Shown one piece after another: positions 43,208-52,231 of a DNA stretch of 64,000 nucleotides; the first letter of the stretch is position 1, and each line of letters starts with the position of its first letter. The position numbers and the translations under genes were made by a program. The stretch is from Nostoc sp. (GTDB lineage Bacteria > Cyanobacteriota > Cyanobacteriia > Cyanobacteriales > Nostocaceae). The stretch lies in the NCBI GenBank assembly GCA_036918135.1, contig JBALDB010000046.1, positions 148,112 through 212,111 of the forward strand. The letters run 5' to 3'. A model generated the notes under the pieces. The model worked only from the letters and a program-made list of their open reading frames with translations, was not told the DNA's origin and made no database searches.

Positions 43208-44256
43208 ATCTGTTGTCTGTGGGAAACTTTTGACCAAATAAGTAATTCGCCTTTTTCACCGCCTGCGGCTAGTAATTCACCTTGGGGATGCCAAGCTAAG
43301 CTAGAAAAGCCTCCTGAGACACCTGTGATAATTTGGGATACTTGCTGGGCTTCGTTCCACAAACACAACCAGCCATCAGCACCAGCAGAAGCCAGAAGGA
43401 AGCTTTTAGGTGCAAAGGCGATCGCATTAATCACATCAACATGATTAGTTAAAACTTGTGCTTGCCAACCTAAGGTATCATCCTCTAACTTTTCCCAGAC
43501 CACAATACCTTCGACACTAGAGGAGGCTAGTATTGGCGCACCCACTTTTGTAGTAGCTTCTGACCATGCCAATTGGCGAATTTTACCAGGGAAACCCTGC
43601 ATTACCCAAGGATCGGGATTGTTCCATTCCAAAACGGTGACGCTACGATCCATGTTCCCAGAAGCGAGGAATTTACCATTGGGTGACCAAGCCATAGCTA
43701 GGCTGACAGTGGTCATATCTAAAATGTATGGTTCCCGATCCCAGTTTTGAGTCTGCCAAATCTTGACTCCTTTATAACCACTAATGGCTAGATACTGACT
43801 ATCAATGCGCCAATCTATCCCTAAAACAGATGAGTTGTCGAAATTCAATGTGACGACAATTTCACGAGTATCTGCGTCCCACACTTGCACGTAACGCCCC
43901 AAACTAAAAGCTAGGTGGTTAGTGGTGTAATTCCAAGCTAGTTTGTCAACCCATGCAGGTGCATTTTCTAAGGTGGCGATTAATTCAGTATCCTGCCAAA
44001 TTTTGACTTGTCCATCCTGTCCACCAACGGCTAAAAATTGACCATCGGCAGAAAAGGCAAGGCAATCTATTGATTTACCGTTAGCAGTTTGCAAGGTTGT
44101 CAGTTCACCATCATTCCACAGTACTACTTCGCCAGCCGCGGAAGTTGCTGCTAAAGTTTCACCGATAGGCGACCAAGCGATCGCAGTTACATAATCTGCA
44201 AGTGTCCGTGAATAGTGTTGTTCAAATTCTTTAGATGTGCTGGTTGTGGAGTTCAT
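43204..44256 (-). CDS. WD40 repeat protein
   Basis: Repeated 'AWSP.G..LA......V.LW' units. Confidence 0.92.
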   Translation of the reverse strand: MNSTTSTSKEFEQHYSRTLADYVTAIAWSPIGETLAATSAAGEVVLWNDGELTTLQTANGKSIDCLAFSADGQFLAVGGQDGQVKIWQDTELIATLENAPAWVDKLAWNYTTNHLAFSLGRYVQVWDADTREIVVTLNFDNSSVLGIDWRIDSQYLAISGYKGVKIWQTQNWDREPYILDMTTVSLAMAWSPNGKFLASGNMDRSVTVLEWNNPDPWVMQGFPGKIRQLAWSEATTKVGAPILASSSVEGIVVWEKLEDDTLGWQAQVLTNHVDVINAIAFAPKSFLLASAGADGWLCLWNEAQQVSQIITGVSGGFSSLAWHPQGELLAAGGEKGELLIWSKVSHRQQI

Positions 44257-44359
44257 ATCTTTGAAGGGAGTTAGGAGTAGACGCGATTAACTCAAGTCTT
44301 TTCAGGAGTTAGGAGTGCATGAAATTTGAAGTCATAACTCCTAACTCCTAAGTCTCTAT

Positions 44360-45331
44360 TTATGCTAAACAAGCGATAAAATCTTGCTTGAGTTGCTCTG
44401 CATTCAGGTTACGACCGATGAAGACTAGTTCGTTTTTCGGGGTTTCGCTGGGTTTCCAAGGGCGATCGGGTTTGCCATCAAATATCATATGCACTCCTTG
44501 GAACACAAATCTATTTTCTTCGCCAGCAATATTTAATATGCCTTTCATCCGGAAAATATCTGGCCCTTGAGTACGCAGCAACTCGGAAAGCCAAGCGTTC
44601 AACTTTTCGCCATCGACTGCACCTTTTTCTACTAAAGCTACAGAAAATACGCTTTCATCGTGTTCGTGAGCATCTTCACCTAAGAAATTTGGATCTATTT
44701 CTAATGCCCGGTCTAAATCAAATGCTTTTACACCTAATAAAGCATTCATTTCTAATTCAGAATTGCGGGTACGGTAGATTTTTGCCATCGCATTCATTGA
44801 GCGAATTCGCTTTTCTAATTCGTCCAATTCTTGTGGGGCGACTAAATCAGTTTTATTAAGTAAAATTACATCAGCAAAAGCAATCTGTTCTTGGGCTTCG
44901 TCTGCATCCCAATGCTGCCAGATATGCTTGGCATCTACGACTGTTACCACTGCATCTAAAGAAAGTTGACTTTGCAAATCTTCATCTACAAAAAATGTCT
45001 GAATCACTGGTGCAGGGTCAGCTAGTCCGGTTGTTTCAATTACTAAATGGTCGAATTTATCGCGGCGCTTCATCAAATTACCAATGATGCGAATTAAATC
45101 GCCACGTACTGTACAACAGATACAACCGTTATTCATTTCAAATATTTCTTCATCTGCATCGATAATTAGTTGATTATCAATGCCCACTTCCCCAAATTCA
45201 TTAACAATCACAGCAACTTTTTTGCCGTGTTCGTAGGTAAGGATGTGATTAAGTAGAGTTGTTTTACCTGCTCCCAAATAGCCTGTAAGAACAGTAACAG
45301 GAACTGAATTTGTAATTACGTCAGCCACCAT
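44360..45331 (-). CDS. COG0523/CobW family GTPase (metallochaperone)
   Basis: 'LTGYLGAGKTT', 'NEFGE', 'GCICC', 'ETTGLADP', 'NKTD', and a CobW_C domain. Confidence 0.93.
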   Translation of the reverse strand: MVADVITNSVPVTVLTGYLGAGKTTLLNHILTYEHGKKVAVIVNEFGEVGIDNQLIIDADEEIFEMNNGCICCTVRGDLIRIIGNLMKRRDKFDHLVIETTGLADPAPVIQTFFVDEDLQSQLSLDAVVTVVDAKHIWQHWDADEAQEQIAFADVILLNKTDLVAPQELDELEKRIRSMNAMAKIYRTRNSELEMNALLGVKAFDLDRALEIDPNFLGEDAHEHDESVFSVALVEKGAVDGEKLNAWLSELLRTQGPDIFRMKGILNIAGEENRFVFQGVHMIFDGKPDRPWKPSETPKNELVFIGRNLNAEQLKQDFIACLA

Positions 45332-45359
45332 ACTCTAAATTCCTTTTATCTCACCATAT

Positions 45360-45393
45360 GAATAATCATTACCGCCTATGATAATTGTTTTTA
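45360..45393. promoter_or_regulatory. Tandem Zur/Fur-type boxes upstream of the COG0523 operon
   Basis: GAATAATCATTACCG (10/14 matches) and TGATAATTGTTTTTA (11/14 matches) against the 7-1-7 consensus TGATAATNATTATCA. Confidence 0.55.
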
Positions 45394-45507
45394 TTTTTTT
45401 GTGCGAACTTGGCTTATTGATTTGTGTAAAATAATTACATAATAGCTTCTGAATTCTGACACTTGAGATTAATACCATTTCCAAAAATTTCTGCTACAAA
45501 TGCGTTG

Positions 45508-45535
45508 GTAGGGGCGTGCAGCTGTACGCCCCTAC
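45508..45535. repeat. REP-like hairpin GTAGGGGCG...CGCCCCTAC
   Basis: GTAGGGGCGTGCAGCTGTACGCCCCTAC inside a longer inverted repeat; a degenerate relative lies at ~28195-28260. Confidence 0.6.
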
Positions 45536-45579
45536 AATGGATTAATTTGTTGCAAATATTTTTAGTTCTCAATTATTGT

Positions 45580-46494
45580 TCAATTTGAGCGCGAGAACAA
45601 AAAATCTTCAACTGCTGCTAAAACATCTGCTGGGTATTCTTCATGCAGCCCTAGAGAACCAGGAATGACGGCGCTTGTTACTCCTGGTAATGCAGTCAAA
45701 GCGTTCATTTCTTCTCGTGATTTTACGGGGCTGGATTCCCCAATTATCACCATTAGTGGTATGGTCAAAGACTGTACGAGTTTGAGAAAATCTGATTGCT
45801 GGCGTACAGCATCGAGATTACCAGTTACAAAGGCAGCAGAAGCAAATCTTGCTCCTGGTTGTTGGGTTGTCTGCCATTTTTTCTCGATGAAACTGGGTGT
45901 AAGTTTAGCCGTGTCGGTGAAGACATGACGGCGGTACATAAAATTTAAAAAAGATGGGGTAGTGTTGAGTTTGTAGAGAGCTTGACCAAGTATAGGCGAT
46001 CGCACTAATTCTTTCACCATACCAGCTATCTCCTGACTAGCCCCCATTGTCGGCAAAGGGCCGCGCCAAGTAGGAGCTAACAAGACAATTCGTGAAAAAG
46101 CAGCAGGCTGTTTCAAAGCTAATTGTAAGACGTAACTAGCCGCATGACCAGCTGCCATTACAGTAATTGGAGTATTAAAAATAACTTTGACAAAATCTTC
46201 CAGAAATTGCTGATATATTTGGGGTTGATAATTTAAACTAGGGCGAGAAGATTCACCAAAACCAGGCCAGTCTACGGCTACAACTTGAAAATGGGGAGCT
46301 AATAATCTAGCAAGTTCGCCCATTTCCAAACGCGTCGAAACACTGCTGAAGGCTGGTAGCAGCAATAGCGGCGAACCTTTACCAAGGGTTTCATAAACAA
46401 CGCGCAATTGCTGGTTTTCCCAATTCCAGAGGTATTCTTGAACTACTCCACCAAATCCGACAGCAGCAGAGGTAGATAATAAATTTGTTGACAT
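45580..46494 (-). CDS. Alpha/beta hydrolase fold protein
   Basis: 'PLLLLPAF', 'VDWPGFGES', 'HEEYP'. The nucleophile elbow reads 'AAGHAA'. Confidence 0.85.
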   Translation of the reverse strand: MSTNLLSTSAAVGFGGVVQEYLWNWENQQLRVVYETLGKGSPLLLLPAFSSVSTRLEMGELARLLAPHFQVVAVDWPGFGESSRPSLNYQPQIYQQFLEDFVKVIFNTPITVMAAGHAASYVLQLALKQPAAFSRIVLLAPTWRGPLPTMGASQEIAGMVKELVRSPILGQALYKLNTTPSFLNFMYRRHVFTDTAKLTPSFIEKKWQTTQQPGARFASAAFVTGNLDAVRQQSDFLKLVQSLTIPLMVIIGESSPVKSREEMNALTALPGVTSAVIPGSLGLHEEYPADVLAAVEDFLFSRSN

Positions 46495-46578
46495 TAGATT
46501 AAATTTTGGTAGTTGTATGTCATTTGTCATTCGTCGTTTGCAAATAACAAATTACCAATGACTAATGACTAATGACCT

Positions 46579-47019
46579 TTAGTTAGCTACATCTAACTTA
46601 CATTCCAAAGCTTTTTTTTGCATGGTTTTAAAAATGTTGTAAAATCCATTAGCACGGGAAGGTGTAAGGCTAACATTTAAACCTGTTGCTTGAATAAAAT
46701 CTGGAGTAAGTTCCACAATCTCAGTTGGCGTTAGTCCATTTAATCCTTCAACCAAAAGTCCTACTAATCCTTTGGTTAGCTGGGAGTCAGAATCGCCTTG
46801 AAATATAACTTTACCATCATCCAAGGTTGCTGTGATATAAACTTGAGAAACACAACCGGGAACTTTATTGTCAGGTAATTTATCAGCTTCTGGGAACTCA
46901 TTGAGCTTCTGAGCATACCAGATGAGCTGTTCGTAGCGTCGCTTTGGTTCAGAAGCGCGTTGAAAGCGCTGGACAATTTTAGCGAGTGCAGGTGGCAAAG
47001 AATCTAAAGTTGAGGACAT
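46579..47019 (-). CDS. sufE: Fe-S cluster assembly sulfur acceptor SufE
   Basis: 'NKVPGCVSQVY', 'GDSDS', 'LTPSRANGF'. Confidence 0.95.
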   Translation of the reverse strand: MSSTLDSLPPALAKIVQRFQRASEPKRRYEQLIWYAQKLNEFPEADKLPDNKVPGCVSQVYITATLDDGKVIFQGDSDSQLTKGLVGLLVEGLNGLTPTEIVELTPDFIQATGLNVSLTPSRANGFYNIFKTMQKKALECKLDVAN

Positions 47020-47631
47020 AACAGAAGCCGGAAATAATCGCTATCATCTTGAGTGTAAATTATCTTTAGAGCGATCGCGTCTGTAGTTCATGTTGGCGTA
47101 TCACCTAGCCATAGTAGCGATTATTGACTAGAAGTTGTCAAATCTACACAATTAATGCGATCGTACTCATATCGGTCAGGTTTTTTAATCTCTGTAATCA
47201 CAAAAACTTTGTTTGGTTCTAAGCAGGCTTTGACAGCAACTTCCAAAAGTTAGAGTTATATCAGTCTAGACTTTCTGCTATTACGTAAGTGAGAAATAAG
47301 TGTGAAATTTATGTATCGTTTGATGCCAGGATATTTATCATCTAGAGGACATGCATTATAGTCTTTTTAATTATTTTCTAAAAGCTAGAGTGTTTACATA
47401 CTCTACTGAATATGAAAGCTAATTGATTAATATAGAGTCGTTCAAATGTACTATTCAAAATTTTAGGATTTTTCAAACTCTAACGACGAAAAGCAGTAAC
47501 AAGAGGCTAATTATATTAAGTAATGAGAATAACTGTTAAATATTGATGCAAAATTGGGCATTTTGTTGAATTGGCTTCGGAAATTTTCAGATTATATTTT
47601 CAATCATTAATAAATTTCGGGAGCAAATCAG

Positions 47632-47892
47632 GTGTTTACTTCAACATTACTTGCTGCTGCAACCGCACCCCTGCAATGGAGTCCTGTAGTTGGACTGATT
47701 ATGATTATCGCTAACATAATTGCCATTGCCTTTGCTAAATCTACCATCAAGTATCCCAATGCAGAACCAGCACTACCATCAAACAATTTCTTTGGTGGTT
47801 TTGGTTTACCTGCTTTATTAGCAAGTACCGCCTTCGGTCATATCTTAGGAGTGGGCACTATTTTGGGGCTGCATAACCTGGGTAGAATTTAG
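47632..47892 (+). CDS. psaK: Photosystem I reaction centre subunit PsaK
   Basis: 'WSPVVGLIMIIANIIAI', 'LASTAFGHILGVGTILGLHNLG'. Confidence 0.93.
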   Translation: MFTSTLLAAATAPLQWSPVVGLIMIIANIIAIAFAKSTIKYPNAEPALPSNNFFGGFGLPALLASTAFGHILGVGTILGLHNLGRI

Positions 47893-47953
47893 GCTCTTAC
47901 CCAACTTAGCCTTTATTCGATCGTTCTTTTGTCTCCGGCTTTGAGCCAGATAA

Positions 47954-48535
47954 CTAAATCTCTGGCTCTTTTTTATGTTCACAATTTCCGCCTCTGGTAA
48001 TTACTAGACACTCACTTTGAACCTTAGCGAGCATTGGCTCAAAAGCAGGAGTGTAATTACCATTGTCATCTACAACTCTACGTAAGGTATACTCTCCAAG
48101 CCGTAAAATTCCTCCAAACCAAAGGTTTTTACGTTGCCAAATGTCTTGAGAATTTTCTTGTTGGTGTATAGTAGCATCTATCACCCATTTAGGAACTTGC
48201 ACCCCTAAAATAAAAGCTAGAATTTGCCCATGTTGTAAATTTTCATCTACAAACTCTATTTTGTAACTAAGTCGAGTTAATTGGATTGAACGAAGTAATA
48301 ACCATCCATAAATTGTGTTGTGAAAAGTCCACTGCAAAGGAGCAGAGACAGGTAGAACAAGGGTGCGTTTGTGAATATCCCATTCTAAGTTGTACATTGT
48401 GAGGCAATCATCTGGAGCGGGATTACCATCCATAAAGAATACGCCTTTAAGGACATTCGGTAAGTTCGTTTCTTTAATGGGTATCATCCAGGTAGCAATA
48501 TTGTCGAGTTGTTTTTTCTCAATTATTTTAGTCAT
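47954..48535 (-). CDS. Uncharacterised protein, third gene of the LOX-P450 operon
   Basis: 193-aa ORF with ATGA overlap with the P450 stop; motif 'LKGVFFMDGNPAPDD'; alternating, beta-strand-like pattern. Confidence 0.75.
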   Translation of the reverse strand: MTKIIEKKQLDNIATWMIPIKETNLPNVLKGVFFMDGNPAPDDCLTMYNLEWDIHKRTLVLPVSAPLQWTFHNTIYGWLLLRSIQLTRLSYKIEFVDENLQHGQILAFILGVQVPKWVIDATIHQQENSQDIWQRKNLWFGGILRLGEYTLRRVVDDNGNYTPAFEPMLAKVQSECLVITRGGNCEHKKEPEI

Positions 48536-49881
48536 AATTGTTGAGAAAATCCTTGTAGCGATAAGTTATTCGGAGTAACGGAAGTTACGTTTGAGAAATC
48601 CCATTTTACTTCTGTAAATGAATCCCATTTATATTTCTGAAAAAGATAAAAACAGAAAAGTTTAATGAAACCAACTGACAAATTTCTCCCAGGACAAACC
48701 CGTTCATGACCTTCACCATTCCAAGATAAGATATCAGAAAAATCTCGCGTAATATCGAAATTATCTGGATTTTCATATCTATGAACATCTCGATTTGCTG
48801 TGAAAATAGAGCCAAGTAAACGAGTTCCGGCTTGGAATGGGCATTTTTGTCTCCCTATTTCAACTTCACCGGAGTTAGTAGTAAGTTGGCTAACAAATCT
48901 TACAGGTGGATATAGTCTTGCAGTTTCCAAGATTACTTTATTCAGGAGATGGGATTCTTCAAGAGCATGTTTATTAGGAGTTTCCAGTTCATTCCAGAGC
49001 AAATTAATTTCGGATACTATATCATTTTTTAGAGTATTCTCTAAGCACAAAATACCAATTACCGAGCCTAACAGCGCACTTGTGCCAGCAGTTCCGGCAA
49101 TATGAATCATATCAAAAATACTGTTAGCTATTTGGTGTTCATTTAACTGATATTTTTGTCCGACTTCCCAGTATAATTTCCATTTAGGAGATTGTTTATA
49201 CTTCTCAATTAAAGACTTCCGATGTTTAATGTTCGGTGCTGTTTTAAATGCTAGTAGATATTTACTAACAAAGTTAGGTAGAGATGCTAAAGGTAAACTT
49301 TTATCATAGTTAATTGATGCGTTAACTTCTTCTTCAGTTAATGATATTTGAAGAATGATTTGGTGCAGAATCTCCAGTATTATTTTTGGCAAATCGTTAC
49401 CGATATGCAGTTGTCCCTGCTTGGCTGCTTTTAATAGACATTGATTTATCAGATGCGATAAAACTTCTACTTGTGCAGATGGATCTGGTATGGCTTGCAA
49501 TAATACAGCACGAACACCTGTATGTTCATTCCCGTTTGTTCCCAAACTGAGGGGATTATTCAGTAAGTAACTAGGAGCTAAAATTCTGATGATACCTAAA
49601 TCATTTCCCCGGAGTTGCGGCTGGATGTGCATCAGTTCCTTAACTTGGGTATGAGATGTGTGCATAATTGCATGGTCTACCGCAAAAAATTTGTCCCCAA
49701 TATTATCTCGGCGGATATAGAGAAAGTCTCTCCATGCTTTGAGCATGATTAAGGCATCGCTATAATAAGCACGCAAGCGCAGTAGCTTGCCAATTGCTGT
49801 GTTATAACCCACTTTGGCAAGACGGTAGGACAGTTCGATCTGGCGAGCGTGGTTTTTGAGAACTTTATTTTTAAGTTCCAT
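48532..49881 (-). CDS. Atypical cytochrome P450 (CYP74-clan-like features)
   Basis: K-helix 'ETARLYPPV'; 'ANRD...ENPDNFD'; heme loop 'SWNGEGHERVCPGRN'; I-helix 'IAGTAGTS' without the D/E-T pair. Confidence 0.85.
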   Translation of the reverse strand: MELKNKVLKNHARQIELSYRLAKVGYNTAIGKLLRLRAYYSDALIMLKAWRDFLYIRRDNIGDKFFAVDHAIMHTSHTQVKELMHIQPQLRGNDLGIIRILAPSYLLNNPLSLGTNGNEHTGVRAVLLQAIPDPSAQVEVLSHLINQCLLKAAKQGQLHIGNDLPKIILEILHQIILQISLTEEEVNASINYDKSLPLASLPNFVSKYLLAFKTAPNIKHRKSLIEKYKQSPKWKLYWEVGQKYQLNEHQIANSIFDMIHIAGTAGTSALLGSVIGILCLENTLKNDIVSEINLLWNELETPNKHALEESHLLNKVILETARLYPPVRFVSQLTTNSGEVEIGRQKCPFQAGTRLLGSIFTANRDVHRYENPDNFDITRDFSDILSWNGEGHERVCPGRNLSVGFIKLFCFYLFQKYKWDSFTEVKWDFSNVTSVTPNNLSLQGFSQQL

Positions 49882-49899
49882 AGTTTTGAATAGGTTAAG

Positions 49900-51792
49900 T
49901 TAAATGTTAATGCTTTGGGGGATTCTTGAAGGTAGAAGATACTCATAAGGCGGGCGGTGCAAGTTACGTTGATTGATAGTATCTTCAACCTGTTGCAGAT
50001 TTTCCTGGAAAGCTTGTAACAAAGGTTTTACTTGTGGATTTGTAAAGTATCCTTTTGGGTAATCACTTAGCCTGTTGTAATAAACAGACCCCAGTAAGGA
50101 TAAGAGGTTTAGTTGCCTTTGTGCTTGATCTAGAGGTGGAAGTAAATTTAAATAATCTTGCTCGGTTACTTGAGTTTTGAGTTTTGAAGCTGGTAAGTAA
50201 CCAGCTAATGGTAATGCTGGAGCGTAACTCATTAAGTCCTTCTGTGGAAAGTTGACTGCTCCATGTTGGGCACTAGCAGTAAAGATAATCAGAGTAACAG
50301 CATCAACTAAGTAGTCAAACGTCTGAATTCCACCATTCTCACCAAAATCCAGGACACGTCCGCCATCATCAGCTTGTGCCTCGGCTGCCCAGGCTTGTAG
50401 TGCTATATCTTGTTTAATGTCATTGTCGTTAGAGTAGTAAAGTTTGAGATAATCCGATACCCACTGATAAATAGCCTGCCACACTAACAATGCATCATCC
50501 CGATAAGGATAAACAGGTAACAAATTGACATCGTCTACACCACGTTGTTGGAATTGTTTTGGTAACATGGCGTTATTAAACCCATAACTTTGCAGTCCAC
50601 GCACCGCTAAAACCCTAGAGTTATCAATACTTGATGAAAGTAGTCTATCAACTCCACCGCCCGCAGCAATCAGAACCCGTTGTGCAGCATCGTTGATTGC
50701 TAAAGTTCCCTCAAAATGGGGATGTAATAAAATTCGCAGAGGATGATTAATTGGTAGTTGTCGATACGTTGCCATCACAAAAGGGCCGACGAACAAGTGA
50801 GTTCGGCCTAAGTGGCTAACAGCTTCGTGGAAGTTTGCATCTGCTATCTGAACAATTGTTTTGGCAAATAACCAAGCATATTTGCCAGAGCTAGGGCTAA
50901 TGATGGGGTAGTCTGGGCCTGGAGTTTGACCGCATTGAATAGCGATAGGGCGTAGTAGACGGTTTGCTTGGGAGCCTCTGGGTAGGGCAAACAATGCCAT
51001 GGGAGCATAAAGATACTTTTGCTCGTGTGGGTAAGTACCGTTAATTGCACCTTCTAAAATTTTATAATCTGCAAGATAGAGTCTGCCTTCTTCACCTGCC
51101 GCACTTAAGCAGTCTTCACTTCCCATAACTGCTTGATAATCTTCATCTGTGACAGGGAAGCGTTCGCTTAAACTTTTCACTCGCTCGATCGTCAACGGAT
51201 TGAAGCCTGCTACCTGCATATAGGCGAATACTTCATCTTGCTCATATCTACTGGCGATCGTTGGTAGCGGCATTTCTGGCAGTAATTTTTCGTAATCTTT
51301 TAAGCTCGTGACATGACCTGATGGTTGATCTTTATACAATAAGTTCAAAACTTGATGCAGAGCATCTTCAAAAATTGATAGTCCGCTTTCTCTTAGTAAT
51401 GAATACAATAAATCATCAATTTCTCTCAGATCCTTAGATAAGCTTTTAATAAAAAATTGGGGAACTATTTGTAGAAGTTTGACAATAACACTTAGCTTGA
51501 AGGGTATGGCTCCTTTGATTAAGGCTTCTAGAATAAATTTTTTGACATCATCCCGCACTGATGGAGAACCTTGATTTCCCCGATTTACAATTAAGGTATT
51601 AACAAAAAGTATACGTAATTCTTGCGCCAGCAGAAACAGCCAGTTAGTGGAGAACTGTTCTGCAGCCGGAAGCTCATCCAGCATCGCAATTGGTGGAATA
51701 TGAATATAGTTGTATTTATATTGCTGTCTAACCTCTGCCAAGCTATCAGTTAATAGTGAATTTACCAGATTATTTTTTGATGAACTATTCAC
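49900..51792 (-). CDS. lox: Iron lipoxygenase (630 aa), predicted S-specific
   Basis: 'WLFAK', 'HEAVSHLGRTHL', 'HP..ILLHPHF', 'YPYRDDA', 'AQHGAVNFPQ' and C-terminal 'SINI'. GTG start with AAGGAG ribosome-binding site. Confidence 0.95.
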   Translation of the reverse strand: MNSSSKNNLVNSLLTDSLAEVRQQYKYNYIHIPPIAMLDELPAAEQFSTNWLFLLAQELRILFVNTLIVNRGNQGSPSVRDDVKKFILEALIKGAIPFKLSVIVKLLQIVPQFFIKSLSKDLREIDDLLYSLLRESGLSIFEDALHQVLNLLYKDQPSGHVTSLKDYEKLLPEMPLPTIASRYEQDEVFAYMQVAGFNPLTIERVKSLSERFPVTDEDYQAVMGSEDCLSAAGEEGRLYLADYKILEGAINGTYPHEQKYLYAPMALFALPRGSQANRLLRPIAIQCGQTPGPDYPIISPSSGKYAWLFAKTIVQIADANFHEAVSHLGRTHLFVGPFVMATYRQLPINHPLRILLHPHFEGTLAINDAAQRVLIAAGGGVDRLLSSSIDNSRVLAVRGLQSYGFNNAMLPKQFQQRGVDDVNLLPVYPYRDDALLVWQAIYQWVSDYLKLYYSNDNDIKQDIALQAWAAEAQADDGGRVLDFGENGGIQTFDYLVDAVTLIIFTASAQHGAVNFPQKDLMSYAPALPLAGYLPASKLKTQVTEQDYLNLLPPLDQAQRQLNLLSLLGSVYYNRLSDYPKGYFTNPQVKPLLQAFQENLQQVEDTINQRNLHRPPYEYLLPSRIPQSINI

Positions 51793-51826
51793 ATAAGCTC
51801 CTTGAAAAACTAAAGGCTGTCTAATT

Positions 51827-51949
51827 TATAGCAGGAGGCAAGAGGCAGTTGTTGCTGGAGGCAGGAGTTCAAATGGGGTAGGGGGTATGGTGTGGGGAAC
51901 CTACATTTTAAAACATGGGTAGAACAACAAGGGTGTGACTACAGCTATA
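51827..51949. repeat. TATAGC...GCTATA MITE-like element, copy 3, 35 bp upstream of lox
   Basis: Near-identical to 22739-22881. Confidence 0.75.
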
Positions 51950-52231
51950 TTTTTTGCAATGCTAACACCTCCGAAATGCGTTTTGCTTCTTAAGTTCACT
52001 GATTTAGTATGATAGCTATGCCACTAATCTTCGTAGTTTACATTTATAACATTATGTGTGACTGAATATTTATAGCAATTAATAAAGGCGCACAAATGTG
52101 CGCCCTCTGATGTGTGTGTCGGATTCAAATTAACATCAGCAATTTAACTCAGCACTAGTTCAAAGTTTTCAAGAATCTGCCAAGAAATCTTTGCTGGAAA
52201 TTCACTTATGGTTTGACTGCAACCTATGGAA

